From the IMG/VR virus record IMGVR_UViG_3300036945_000096, positions 1 to 58,208 of that record: a stretch of DNA of 58,208 bases. One strand, 5' to 3'. The position numbers and the translations under genes are program-made. The notes under the pieces were generated by a model. It worked only from the letters and a program-made list of their open reading frames with translations. It had not been told where the DNA came from and made no database searches. Position 1 is the first letter of the stretch; every line of letters begins with the position of its first letter. This DNA comes from a virus. Lineage: Duplodnaviria > Caudoviricetes. Shown here one piece after another: positions 10,849 through 21,700 of the stretch.

Positions 10849-11090
10849 GCGAAGAAAAAATCATGACAGATGAAGTAACTCACACTCAAATCTATGAGCG
10901 TCTGTGTGCTGTTGAAGCTAAGGTAGACCAGTTAGATAAGAACACACAAGCTGTTGTCACTGCTTTCAATGCAGCCTCTGGTGCATTTGTTGTGCTTGAA
11001 TGGCTTGCTAGAGCAGTGAAGCCCATCTTAATTATTGGTGCTTTCTGTGGGGCTATATGGCTGGCTATAGAAAACAAGTTGCATCAGTAA
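10845..11090 (+). CDS. Small membrane protein (holin-like)
   Basis: Coiled coil followed by C-terminal TM helix, start of the lysis region. Confidence 0.5.
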   Translation: MSEEKIMTDEVTHTQIYERLCAVEAKVDQLDKNTQAVVTAFNAASGAFVVLEWLARAVKPILIIGAFCGAIWLAIENKLHQ

Positions 11091-11221
11091 TACTTTTATT
11101 ATTAATATCTTTCCCTATCGGGTCCAAAGAGGAGAAATATAAATGTGTCCGATGGACATGGACTGGAGATGTATATAACAGAAAAGTTGTATGCCTTGAA
11201 TGGAAAAAGGTTGAGCGATGA
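11057..11221 (+). CDS. 54-aa signal-anchored peptide (not in ORF track)
   Basis: MAGYRKQVASVILLLLISFP...CVRW...CLEW; ATGA-coupled to next gene. Confidence 0.55.
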   Translation: MAGYRKQVASVILLLLISFPIGSKEEKYKCVRWTWTGDVYNRKVVCLEWKKVER

Positions 11222-11718
11222 TTGATCCTATCACCGCACTGGCTGGCATACAAAGTGCCATCAGCATGGTCAAGAAGGCCAGCAAGGTAGCCAATGACTT
11301 AGGCTCCCTTGCCCCAATGATTGGCAAGATGTTTGATGCTAAGAGTGTAGCTACAAAGGCTATGCTTCAGGCTAAGCAATCTGGTAAAGGTTCCAACATG
11401 GGAACTGCTTTACAGATTGAGATGGCTCTAGAACAGGCTAGAGCATTTGAAGAAGAACTAAAGATGTTGTTCATGCAGACAGGAAAGATAGATGTCTGGA
11501 ACAAGATTAAGGCAAGACAAGCTGAGATGGACTTGGCAGATGCTAAAGAATTAAGTGCTTTAAAAGCAGCAGAGAAGAAGGCTAAACAAAAAGAACAAGA
11601 GATGAATGAACTAGCCATAGCAATTGGTGCTGTGTTTTTTGTTTTGTTCTTAGTGTTTGTTGGTGTAAATGAATTGATGAGTTTTTGTCAGACTACTAAT
11701 AGATGTGGTGGAAGATGA
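11218..11718 (+). CDS. Coiled-coil membrane protein
   Basis: MIDP(I)T.. N-terminus, coiled coil, C-terminal TM. Confidence 0.7.
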   Translation: MIDPITALAGIQSAISMVKKASKVANDLGSLAPMIGKMFDAKSVATKAMLQAKQSGKGSNMGTALQIEMALEQARAFEEELKMLFMQTGKIDVWNKIKARQAEMDLADAKELSALKAAEKKAKQKEQEMNELAIAIGAVFFVLFLVFVGVNELMSFCQTTNRCGGR

Positions 11719-11870
11719 ATGAATATCAAAAGACATTTGACTTGGCTCTGAAGATATTCATCTATGGTTGTGTGGCTTTGTATTTCTTGGGCTTCTTGAA
11801 GTTCTTGCCTGATGACTTGTCTGACAAGATTGTTAATCTTTTACTTGGAAAGATTGGACTTGGTAAATGA
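11715..11870 (+). CDS. 51-aa membrane peptide (not in ORF track)
   Basis: MNEYQKTFDLALKIFIYGCVALYFLGFLKF...; ATGA overlaps on both sides. Confidence 0.65.
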   Translation: MNEYQKTFDLALKIFIYGCVALYFLGFLKFLPDDLSDKIVNLLLGKIGLGK

Positions 11871-12028
11871 AAGTAACTCCTTATCAACACAATGCAAACA
11901 TGTTGCGTGAGTATCAAAGGGTGCTTCATCAGCAACATCTTAAAGATCTTGAGAAACTAAATCGTCAAGCTCAAGAGAAGATTAAAGCTCAGTGGGTTAG
12001 ACCAGATTCTGTGGATGTAATGGTATGA
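11867..12028 (+). CDS. 53-aa hypothetical (not in ORF track)
   Basis: MKVTPYQHN...VDVMV; ATGA overlaps on both sides. Confidence 0.6.
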   Translation: MKVTPYQHNANMLREYQRVLHQQHLKDLEKLNRQAQEKIKAQWVRPDSVDVMV

Positions 12029-12252
12029 AATATTTATTATTGTTATTGCTGCTCACTGGTTGTGAGGATAGGTACAGATACTTCTGTCAAAACCCTGAAA
12101 ACTTTCATGCTGAGCAGTGTCAGAAACCAAGATGTCAATTCACACAGACATGCCCTGAGTATTTAGTTGCACCTATATTGGAGAAACAAATTGATAGAAC
12201 TGCTAACAAAAATGATGACACCAAGCCAGCCCAAACCAAAGCTAACAACTGA
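12025..12252 (+). CDS. Cys-rich lipoprotein
   Basis: MKYLLLLLLLTG|C lipobox plus four further Cys. Confidence 0.75.
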   Translation: MKYLLLLLLLTGCEDRYRYFCQNPENFHAEQCQKPRCQFTQTCPEYLVAPILEKQIDRTANKNDDTKPAQTKANN

Positions 12253-12733
12253 AGAGTTTGAAGTTAGGGTGTGGGGATTTGTAGTGGTGGCTATTACAGT
12301 CATCCTGTTTGGTATTGTCTTTGCCCTGCTCTATTCTGTGACCTTTGTGACACAGCCTATTAAGAGTATGGCTCCTATTGACCAAGCCTATACTAAGATG
12401 CTTAATGATATAGTATTACTTATTGTAGGTGGTATTGGTGGCATTGTAGGTAAGAGGGCTGTTAACTCAGCACAGAATGCGTTTAGACCTCCTCAGCCTC
12501 CTATGCAGCCTTGTGGCGGTGGTTATGGGGGCGGTGGCTATGGGGGTAGCTATGCCCCACCACAGTCTGCCTACGGCCTTCCTAGCCAGCCCTTTGGTGC
12601 TATGCCTGTGTGGAAGAACCCAGAGCTGGATGAGAGTTGGACTCCCGGTCCACCACCAGACACGCCACCAGAACATTTAGAACCTGATGATGAGCGTGAG
12701 GAAATAGCAGCAGCTAGAAAAGAGGTGGATTGA
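12212..12733 (+). CDS. Two-TM membrane protein with Pro/Gly-rich tail (holin candidate)
   Basis: Two hydrophobic helices; start uncertain (frame open from 12167). Confidence 0.6.
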   Translation: MMTPSQPKPKLTTEEFEVRVWGFVVVAITVILFGIVFALLYSVTFVTQPIKSMAPIDQAYTKMLNDIVLLIVGGIGGIVGKRAVNSAQNAFRPPQPPMQPCGGGYGGGGYGGSYAPPQSAYGLPSQPFGAMPVWKNPELDESWTPGPPPDTPPEHLEPDDEREEIAAARKEVD

Positions 12734-13203
12734 TGTTACCTATTCCACTACCTTGGCTTATCATTAGTGCAACCATTGCACTGTTTGGCACATATCAAGT
12801 TGGTCATCACTATGGCTGGCTTGAGCGTGACGAAGAGATGCAGATAGAGATAGCTAAGAAGAATGAAGAAGCCCGTGAACTAGAAAAGAACATGACTTCT
12901 AAACTTGCTGATAAAGAAACAGCATTAAGAAAGGCAAAGAATGAAATATCTAACAAACAGTCTGCTATGCGTGAGCTTGCTAACACTGGCAGGTTGCGCC
13001 TCCCCACCGCCAGTTGTGTTCAAGCCAGCACAAGTACCTCCACTCCCACAGGAGATAGCGGAGATAGCGCAGCCGAACTTGAGCGACAGACTATTAACAC
13101 TCTTATCGACATCGTTGCCGAAGGAGACAAAGCCATCGTCAAGCACACAGCCTGTGTCGCAGCCTACAACGAAATGAGGGAGTTGGTTAATGGTAAACGC
13201 TGA
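12733..13203 (+). CDS. i-spanin (Rz-like)
   Basis: N-terminal TM, coiled coil, embedded lipoprotein gene, precedes endolysin. Confidence 0.8.
   Translation: MLPIPLPWLIISATIALFGTYQVGHHYGWLERDEEMQIEIAKKNEEARELEKNMTSKLADKETALRKAKNEISNKQSAMRELANTGRLRLPTASCVQASTSTSTPTGDSGDSAAELERQTINTLIDIVAEGDKAIVKHTACVAAYNEMRELVNGKR
12941..13177 (+). CDS. o-spanin (Rz1-like), embedded in +1 frame
   Basis: LLTLAG|C lipobox, Pro-rich, fully nested in the i-spanin. Confidence 0.8.
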   Translation: MKYLTNSLLCVSLLTLAGCASPPPVVFKPAQVPPLPQEIAEIAQPNLSDRLLTLLSTSLPKETKPSSSTQPVSQPTTK

Positions 13204-13804
13204 ACAACTAAGACAACTTAAGATTGATACTGCTTTAGTAGATCCTTTTAATGAAACCTTTGAGAGGTTTGGTATCACTACACCAGCACAACAGGCTTCA
13301 TGGATTGGTCAATGTGGTCATGAGTGTGGGAACTTCCGCATCATGGAAGAGAACCTGAACTATCGTGCTCCCACCTTGCTTAAGCTGTTCCCTCAGAATC
13401 CCAAGCGGGTCTGGGGATTTACACCAGAAAGTGCAGCAGCTTATGAGAAGCAGCCACAGAAGATAGCCAATAGAATCTATGGCAATCGTATGGGCAACAG
13501 GGATGAGGCTAGTGGGGATGGGTTCAGGTTCCGTGGCTCCGGATTTTTACAGCTAACTGGCATGAATAATTTCTACCATGCTGGACAAGCCTTGGGTGTT
13601 GATTTCATTATGCAGCCTGAGTTGGTGCGTACACCTATGTATGCTGCCCAGACTGCCGGATGGTTCTGGCAGACTCACAGGCTCAATCAGTATGCCGATA
13701 GTGGTGACATTCTCACTATGACAAAGCGTATCAATGGTGGTACTATCGGACTTGAAGATCGTAAGAAGCATATCGAACATGCCTTACATGTATTAGGTGG
13801 TTGA
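13190..13804 (+). CDS. Endolysin, glycoside hydrolase family 19
   Basis: Q..HEC, ENLNY, FRG.G..QLTG..N, TKRINGG..GL.DR motifs. Confidence 0.93.
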   Translation: MVNAEQLRQLKIDTALVDPFNETFERFGITTPAQQASWIGQCGHECGNFRIMEENLNYRAPTLLKLFPQNPKRVWGFTPESAAAYEKQPQKIANRIYGNRMGNRDEASGDGFRFRGSGFLQLTGMNNFYHAGQALGVDFIMQPELVRTPMYAAQTAGWFWQTHRLNQYADSGDILTMTKRINGGTIGLEDRKKHIEHALHVLGG

Positions 13805-13829
13805 CTAGACCAGCTATTTGTGGTATGAC
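13801..13829 (+). promoter_or_regulatory. Possible sigma70-type promoter
   Basis: TTGACT-17 nt-TATGAC upstream of 13848. Confidence 0.4.
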
Positions 13830-13847
13830 AAGGCATAAAGGTATATA

Positions 13848-14156
13848 ATGTTACCAGCTTCTCTAAGTATTATTGGCAGAGAAGTGCCGATTAGAGTTGT
13901 AGATGTATTCCCAGAACAACTGGGAGAGTACAGCTATGACGATTATGCAATTAAAATAAAGTCTGGTCAGCACCCCTTAGCGGAGGCAGATACATTGTTA
14001 CATGAATGTATACACGCTATAGACGACTGCTTCCAATTAAAACTGTCAGAGAGACAGGTGTATTGTTTAGCTGTTGGAGTGTTAGCACTCTTAAGAGATA
14101 ACAGAGATATGCTTGCCTATTTAACTGAAGCAATAGAGAAACCAAGAAACATATGA
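13848..14156 (+). CDS. Small HExxH zinc metallopeptidase-like protein
   Basis: TLLHECIHA and downstream E (LSERQV). Confidence 0.7.
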   Translation: MLPASLSIIGREVPIRVVDVFPEQLGEYSYDDYAIKIKSGQHPLAEADTLLHECIHAIDDCFQLKLSERQVYCLAVGVLALLRDNRDMLAYLTEAIEKPRNI

Positions 14157-16579
14157 AAGATTTTACAGCACAACAAAAGGAAGTCGTAGCTAGGAAGCTA
14201 GGATACGATGGTCCTATGCAAGGCTTTGATGAGTTTATCTCATCTTCTCCTGCATTGGAGGCTAAGTATGCTGCCATCTCTGGTAAGTTCGTTGAGCGTA
14301 TGGCTAAGGGCGGGGCTGTTACTGGTATGAAGTTTGTAGCTGGTGGCACAACACCAGACTACGAACAGATTGTTAGAGATAACTATGCTGCTATTGGTAA
14401 GACTGGTATTGGTCAGGGATCTAACAACATTGATCCTGAAGGATTTAAAGGTTGGGTTAATGATTTAAAAACAGGAGTAGTTACTCCTGAGAAATTCGAG
14501 CAAAGATTTACAAATGCTGTATCAGATTACATAGCAGAAAAACCTACTGATAGGCACACAGAATATGTTCTAGATTATCTGGCTAATAAAAATAAAGTAG
14601 TTACAGGAGGTGTTACAAAAGCTGGTAGTGTCACTCTTGGTGCAGATGGTAAACCTACAGTAGGAGATGCTGCTCAAGTGACAGCAGCACAGGTTACTAC
14701 CAATGAAAATCAAAACGTAGATACTGCTAACAGAGCAGATGATAATGCTAACACAGCACAGGGTGCTACTGCTATTAAAGCAGAAACTGCTGCTGCTCCC
14801 ACTGCTGCTAAAGCTTCTACATATCAAGCACAGCAAACTGCTGAAGATGTAGCCCTTCTATTAAAGGGTGTTTCTCCAGCAGTTGGTACTGTGGGTGAGT
14901 CTAGCAAAGTGGCTGCACAGACAGTGGAGCCAACAAAGACAGCACTAGCTGACCTTGCTCCTGCAGCCCTTGCTAAAGCTCAGACTGTTGAGGGTGCTCC
15001 TACTAGAGCACTACAAGAAGGCGAACAAGTATCTGCTGCTGTTGATGCTGCTAGGGCTGAAGCAACTGCTAAGGCTACAGAAGCTGCTGCTGCTCAAGGC
15101 ACAGTGACAGAAGACATGACTGTTCAAGGACAGCTTGCTAAGCTCACTGCCAACTTCGATGCTAAGAACCCACCTTCATGGGCTGCTGGTGCTCTTAGAG
15201 AAGCTACTGCTGTAATGGCAGCTAGAGGTCTTGGTGCTTCTAGCTTGGCTGGTCAAGCCATAATTCAAGCTACCCTTGAGAAAGCTCTGCCTATTGCCAC
15301 TGCTGATGCAGCCATCTTCCAGCAGATGGGATTACAGAACCTATCTAATAAACAACAAACTGCTGTGCTTGCTGCTCAGCAACGGGCTGCTTTCTTGGGA
15401 CAAGAGTTTGATCAAACCTTCCAAGCAAGAGTTACTAATGCTGCTAAGATTTCTGACATTGCCAACCTCAACTTTACAGCAACACAGCAAATTGCTTTAG
15501 AGAATTCTAGGATGGCACAGACAGTTGATCTGGCTAACTTGAGTAATCAACAAGCTGCTATCATGGCTTATGCTGCACAGGTAGCAAACCTTGAGGTTAC
15601 TAATCTAACCAACAAACAACAAGCTGCTGTTGTTAATGCTCAAGCCTTCTTACAGATGGACTTAGCTAACTTGACTAATCAGCAACAAACAGTGCTGTTC
15701 AAGACACAACAGATGACAACTTCATTGTTATCTGATTCTGCTTCTATGAATGCTTCTCTGCAGTTTAATGCTGCAAGTACAACACAAGTGGATCAGTTTA
15801 ACAGTACATTGTCTACGCAGGTTACACAATTCAATGCCACTCAGAAGAATGCCATTGCTCAGTTTAACACTGACCAAGAGAATGCACTGTCTAAGTTTAA
15901 TGCTGAAGTGCAGAACCAACGTGATACTTTCAATGCTACACAACGATTGGTTATTGATCAGTCTAATGCTCAGTGGCAAAGAGAAGTTGCTACAGCTAAT
16001 ACAGCAGCAACAAATGCAGCTAACAATTTAAATGCTCAGTTGTCACAGAACATGACACTGGCTGAGTACAACAATGAGACACAGCTCTATAGAGACAATG
16101 TTTCATTTGCTTGGCAAGCGGGGCAGAATGATTTAGATAGAGCTAATAAGTTAGCGGTGTCTGAGATAAGTGCTTCTGCGGGAGTAAAAACAGCAAATGC
16201 TACAGCAAAGAATAATTTAATAACTACAGGTGCTAAAGCAGCAGCTATGTTCTTACTTGGATCTGATGAACGAATGAAAAATATACAAGGTCCTATTACC
16301 AATGCTCTAGATAAGATTAAACAAATTGGGGGATACTCTTACACTTACAAAGTAGAGGTAGAGCCTTTTGGTTATGATAGTACAACTACTACAATGGGTG
16401 TATTAGCTGGAGAAGTTAAGAAAATATTACCACATGCTGTTGTGCCAACATCATTTAATCCTAACTTGGATATGGTGGACTATGCAGCAGTTAACGGATT
16501 GTTAGTGGCTGCAGTTAATGAACTCATCACTAAGGTTGATTTACTTTCTACACGATTGAATGATCTGGAGAAGAAATAA
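14153..16579 (+). CDS. Internal virion/ejection protein with C-terminal peptidase S74-like domain
   Basis: A/Q/N-rich helical body; SDERMK...GVLAGEV..ILP.AV...VDY C-terminus. Confidence 0.7.
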   Translation: MKDFTAQQKEVVARKLGYDGPMQGFDEFISSSPALEAKYAAISGKFVERMAKGGAVTGMKFVAGGTTPDYEQIVRDNYAAIGKTGIGQGSNNIDPEGFKGWVNDLKTGVVTPEKFEQRFTNAVSDYIAEKPTDRHTEYVLDYLANKNKVVTGGVTKAGSVTLGADGKPTVGDAAQVTAAQVTTNENQNVDTANRADDNANTAQGATAIKAETAAAPTAAKASTYQAQQTAEDVALLLKGVSPAVGTVGESSKVAAQTVEPTKTALADLAPAALAKAQTVEGAPTRALQEGEQVSAAVDAARAEATAKATEAAAAQGTVTEDMTVQGQLAKLTANFDAKNPPSWAAGALREATAVMAARGLGASSLAGQAIIQATLEKALPIATADAAIFQQMGLQNLSNKQQTAVLAAQQRAAFLGQEFDQTFQARVTNAAKISDIANLNFTATQQIALENSRMAQTVDLANLSNQQAAIMAYAAQVANLEVTNLTNKQQAAVVNAQAFLQMDLANLTNQQQTVLFKTQQMTTSLLSDSASMNASLQFNAASTTQVDQFNSTLSTQVTQFNATQKNAIAQFNTDQENALSKFNAEVQNQRDTFNATQRLVIDQSNAQWQREVATANTAATNAANNLNAQLSQNMTLAEYNNETQLYRDNVSFAWQAGQNDLDRANKLAVSEISASAGVKTANATAKNNLITTGAKAAAMFLLGSDERMKNIQGPITNALDKIKQIGGYSYTYKVEVEPFGYDSTTTTMGVLAGEVKKILPHAVVPTSFNPNLDMVDYAAVNGLLVAAVNELITKVDLLSTRLNDLEKK

Positions 16580-16581
16580 TT

Positions 16582-16797
16582 ATGAAGAACTTTAAAAAGT
16601 ATTACAGCAAGATCAATAGCATTGTTGATAAGACTATGTCAACACCTAAAGTTGATCCAGTATCCAAAGGCATTGTGCAGCGTCCAGCAAAGAAGGAAGC
16701 AGCACCTGCAGGTAAGATGACTGCTGAGCAACAAGTAGCTAGATATGTTGAAATTATTCGCAAGCAAAAGAAGGAACTTCTAAATGATAAAGCCTGA
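16582..16797 (+). CDS. Small basic protein
   Basis: ORF packed in the virion operon. Confidence 0.65.
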   Translation: MKNFKKYYSKINSIVDKTMSTPKVDPVSKGIVQRPAKKEAAPAGKMTAEQQVARYVEIIRKQKKELLNDKA

Positions 16798-17263
16798 AGA
16801 TTTTTTAGAAGCTCCCATTCCCGGCATGTCTTTGACAACAGAACCGGGTAGTGTGCCTTGGGAACAACCACCACAACTTGTAACAATTCAAGAGGTAGCG
16901 GATTTCTATATTAATAAACTAACAGAAGATCAAGAAGCCATTGATAAAACTCTTGATGCTATTGAACTAGGTGTGCCTCTGCAATCATTAGCTAATGGAG
17001 CCATCATGTTTAATATGATGAAAGGCATACATACTATTGATGTAGGTTTCTTAGTAATGCCTATTCTTGTTGAACTGTTTATTACCCTAGCTGAATTAAA
17101 TGATATTAAATACTCTATGACTCCTGAAGATAGAATTAAAGGTAAGGTTCTTGACAGAAGTCTTGTGGAAAAGATTGTTAATAGTTCAGAAGAAACAACT
17201 GAAGAAGCTATTCAATCTCTTGCTCCTGTTAGTAAAGGCTTGATGTCTAAAGGAAATATGTAA
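16784..17263 (+). CDS. Conserved virion-module protein
   Basis: APIPGMSLT.EP...PWE.PP N-terminal motif. Confidence 0.7.
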   Translation: MIKPEDFLEAPIPGMSLTTEPGSVPWEQPPQLVTIQEVADFYINKLTEDQEAIDKTLDAIELGVPLQSLANGAIMFNMMKGIHTIDVGFLVMPILVELFITLAELNDIKYSMTPEDRIKGKVLDRSLVEKIVNSSEETTEEAIQSLAPVSKGLMSKGNM

Positions 17264-18714
17264 TGTCTTTTTTAATTCCATTTTTAACAGGTGCTCTTGA
17301 GGGGTTTACTGAAGTAACCAAGAAAGAAGATGAAGTTAATGCTGCTACTATTCAAGAGAAACTTAAAGCTTCTTATACCACTAGACTCGAAAAGAAAAAA
17401 GAACTAGAAACCGAAAGAGCAGCAGCAACTAAGGTTGTTAATTCTCTTAGGGGTATTGAGTTTGCTGATGGTCCTTTGGACAATAGTCAGCTAATCAATA
17501 TTGCCACTAAGCCAAAGCTTGCTGAAAGTATTCTTAAGAAACTGGATGATGATCCAGAATGGTTTAAGAAAACAAATAGAGGTTTCATTAGGGCAGTCGA
17601 AGGTGTTGATCCAACTATCGATATCAATAAACACTTTGACAGTGTCTATCGCTTACAGAAAGAAGCAGCAGCTAATGCTGAGACTTTCTTTGCTGCTCCT
17701 GAAGGTGCTTCGTTCTTAGAAAAGAGAACAGCAAGAAATAATTTAATCACTGCTAAACAGACAGCAGCTAAGCTTGGTGTGTCATTAGAAGATTTACTGT
17801 CTACATATAAACCATCGTCTTCCTTTGTTTCTAACATGGGTAGAGTAGATCCTTCTGCTTTAACTAAGCCTGAAGACTTTGATAAGATGGAGAAGAGACT
17901 TAAGTCTGAATTTGTTAAAGCTCAACAGTCTGGTGATCCAGAAGCAATTTCTAAAGCTGATGCCAACATTGGTAGGCTTGTCATCTTGAATGAGAAGATG
18001 AGACTTGAGAAGAAGTCTGAAGCTGAAATTCAAAGTGACATGGTTACAGACATTCAGAAAGCTAAGTCTGAAGGTACTCCGGCTAGTCAATCTAAGGCTA
18101 AGAACTTAGAAGCTTTGTTACAACAACGTAAAGTATTGTTACAAGCTCTGCCTACAGTTACAGCAGAGAAGACATCACAAAGCAATTGGATTACTATTGC
18201 TAATAGAGCAGTGTCTTCTAGAATGGAAGAGCTTATTCCCGGTAAGTTTATTTCCACTGTGGCCTTGGATGGCACAATCACTATGACACCTAAGTCAATT
18301 GGTAGCACAGAATTTCAAGCTGCTATGACTAAAGCTAAGAGTGAGGTTGTTAATGACTTCACTAGTAATGGTGCTCCTAAGTCTGAGTTTCATAAGAATG
18401 CTTTGATATCTATTGGTGTTGGCTTTAGAGATGGTAGACCTGTGGTTGGTGGTAATGTCTTAACTACTGCAGATGTTGAAGCTCAGAAGGCTGCTGCTGC
18501 AGCTTCGGCTACAGCACCTGTACCTGCCCCTGCTCCAACTGCACCTGTAGTGCCAGCATCTACAGCAAGCGGTAGGGCAACACCTACACCTGCGTTACCC
18601 TTACCATACACACCAGAAGGTCAGCCAGACACTTCTAAATTAATTGCAGGAAAAACATATAGATCTTCAACTGGTGGCACTAGAAAATGGAACGGCACAA
18701 GCTGGGAACAATAA
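17263..18714 (+). CDS. Internal virion protein (putative)
   Basis: 483-aa helical protein between internal-protein genes. Confidence 0.55.
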   Translation: MSFLIPFLTGALEGFTEVTKKEDEVNAATIQEKLKASYTTRLEKKKELETERAAATKVVNSLRGIEFADGPLDNSQLINIATKPKLAESILKKLDDDPEWFKKTNRGFIRAVEGVDPTIDINKHFDSVYRLQKEAAANAETFFAAPEGASFLEKRTARNNLITAKQTAAKLGVSLEDLLSTYKPSSSFVSNMGRVDPSALTKPEDFDKMEKRLKSEFVKAQQSGDPEAISKADANIGRLVILNEKMRLEKKSEAEIQSDMVTDIQKAKSEGTPASQSKAKNLEALLQQRKVLLQALPTVTAEKTSQSNWITIANRAVSSRMEELIPGKFISTVALDGTITMTPKSIGSTEFQAAMTKAKSEVVNDFTSNGAPKSEFHKNALISIGVGFRDGRPVVGGNVLTTADVEAQKAAAAASATAPVPAPAPTAPVVPASTASGRATPTPALPLPYTPEGQPDTSKLIAGKTYRSSTGGTRKWNGTSWEQ

Positions 18715-21700
18715 ATGGCTAACGAATTTGATCTGTTTACTTCAGCCCCTACGGGGGCTTCTGTTTCACCTGTACAGGATGAGTTCTCTTCCTTTGTTAC
18801 TCCGACAACACCACCCCCTAAAAAAGATGAGTTCTCTTCTTTTGCTGCAACAGCCTCTGCTCCAGTGTCTGAGAAGCCAGCAGAAGATTTAACTAACCCT
18901 GCTTTCATTGCTCCTCGACAGAGAGCTACGAAGTTGGTGGAGAGGGCAGCAACTATTAAAGAAGAAGAAGCAAAGAAGATTCCTTTCGATGATTTGTGGA
19001 AAGATAATAACAACTACAAAGTCATTCAAGAATATGCTCTTGCTAGATTTGGACAACAAGAAGGCACTCCCAGAAAAGGAGAAACAAAGCAAGACTTTGT
19101 TAATCGCTTTGCTACGCACATGCGTATGCTAGATACTGGCAATGAGTTTAATAGTGTTGGTGAGTTGCAGTATTTAAACAATGCTAAGAGAGAAGACATT
19201 CTTAAAGCAGGTGCTGCCTATGATTTGTTTAAGAACACTGCTGGTGTGTTCGATGAACAGAACAGAGGACAAAAAGGATTCCGTCCTGTAATGGATGTGT
19301 TGTCTAGCATTATCAGTAGTCCATCTACTGCATTGACACTTGGTGTAGGTAAAGTTGCTACTAGTGGTTTAACAAAACTGATAGCAGAGAAAGGCACTAA
19401 AGCTGCTCTTACTTCTGCTAAGGGTGTCGGTATGGCAACAGCTACACCAGCCGTTAGTGCTGCTACAACAGCAGCACAAGATGCTGTAGCACAGAAGATT
19501 GAGTTAAATGTAACACAGGCTGAGTTTGATCAAGCAAAGAAGATTGATCCAAAGACACTCACTGAAGAAGGACAGAAACAACTTCAAGCTTACATTGATG
19601 ATAGACAAAAGAAACTAGAAGAAGGTGTCAGTGGTAAGCGTCTAGCTTTAGCTGGTGCTATTGGTGCTGTAACAGAGACAGCAGAAGTGTTACCTTTTCT
19701 TCGTGGTGTAGGTAGGAAAGCAGGTACTAGCCAACTAGATGAAATCCTTAAAACTAGAAGAGCACCAGCTACAGGGGAAACACCAGCACCTAAGGTTGAA
19801 GTAACAGCTAAAGACCCAACAGAAAAAGCATTAGAAGATTCTTACGATATCTTTGAAGGACGTAGGCTTCTTGATGAGCAGGGCCAACCAACATCTGTAG
19901 CACAGATGGAAGTTAGAAACGATCTTAATAAGAGAGCTACATTAATTGCTCAAGACATATGGAAACAGATTCCTGAGTTTGCTCCTCAAGCTACAGAGAA
20001 AGTGTCTGATGCTATTAAGCGTACACTTGAATCTGTAGATACCTTTGATGATGTTGTGTTTGAAAGAGCATTGGCATCTGCTGATGTAACACCTGATGAG
20101 TTTGCTAAGATGTTTAGAACATCTGTTGGTGATGCTGCTCGTTCTTTACAGAGCTTGTCTGTTGTTGCTCGTCTGCAAAACAAACTGAAGAACATTGATC
20201 CTGCTGCTGCTGCAGAATTGAACAAGATGTATGGTGATAGAAGTGCTATCACTTCAGCCTTCACTGGAGTCAGAGACTTTGGTATGCGTCTTGATAGAGA
20301 ACTGAAAGCCTTGATGGTGTCTCAGATTGCTACCACCATTCGCAATGCTTTCTCTGGTGTTTCTGTTATTACATTTGGAACAGCAGCAGAGGCTATTGAA
20401 TCTACTTTATATCGAGTGGGTAAGACAGTAGGTGAACTTACTACAGGTAAACCTGTCACTGGTAGTTTCACTGGTGGTATCAAAGGCATCTATGCTGATT
20501 CTGTTCGCTCTGCTTTCTACTTAGGACAAAGAGAGTTGTCTGCTGATGTAACAGATGCTTTACTCAGTGGTACTCCAGCCTTGTATAGAAAGATGGTTAA
20601 GACAACAGGTGAAGCTGGTCCTAATGATTTGTCTAAGGCAGCACAAATTGCTAATACATTTAACGTAGCTCAAGATGCTTTCTTCCGTAAAGCTATGTTT
20701 ACTTCCTCGGTAGAGAAGCAACTTAGCCGTGTTGGTATTGACATGTATGATGTTATTGCACAAGGTAAGCAAGTACCTTTTGATGTGTTACAGAATGCTG
20801 TTAATGAAGCACTCACTGGTACATTCAGTAAGATGCCTACCAAAGGTCCCATGTTCCATGCTGTAAAGTTTATTGAAGAGCTTGGTCCTATTGGCTCTAC
20901 ATTTATACCTTTCCCACGCTTCATGGCTAACGCTATGGAATGGACATATAAGCACATGCCTACTGGTGCGTTATCTGGCAGCGTAGACATAGCTGCTGGC
21001 TTAACTAAGATGGCTAAGGGCGAAGCTGACATGGGAACTAAGCAAGTTACTATGGGGCTTGAGAATTTATCTAAAGGTGCTGTAGGCACTGCTGCTTTGT
21101 ATGCTGCCTTTAAATATAGACAAGAAAATCAAGACACTGAGTGGTACAACATAAAGAATCCTGATGGCTCAACTGTAGATGCTAGAGCGTTGTTCCCTGC
21201 TGCTCCTTTCCTTGCTTTGGGTGATTATATTGTTAAGTTTCAGAATCAAAGAACAGATGAATTCAAGACAAAAGAATTCTTAGAAGCTATGATTGGTTTC
21301 AAAGCACCAGCAGGTACATACTCATGGCTTGGTGATAAGTTTGCTGAGGCCCAATCAAATGCAGCAACAGGCGAAGACACAGCAGATAACAAAGTTAAGA
21401 CATTCTTTGGTGAGTGGGTGGGTGAATACTTAGGTAGAGCACTTGTTCCTTTCCAACAGATCAGCGATATTGTTGGTGCTATTGATCGCAATGAAACACT
21501 GCCTAGAGATGCTTATCAGATTCCAGCGGGTGAAGAAGGATTTACTTCTTCAGCTAAACAGCAATTGATAAAGCGTACTCCTATATTGAAACAAGAGTTG
21601 CCTGTATATCAACCACCACTCAGAGAGACAGCAGCATTTAATGACAATGGTCCATTGAAGATGTTGTCTGGTATTGCTATTAAAGGTGTTCCTTCTGTAT

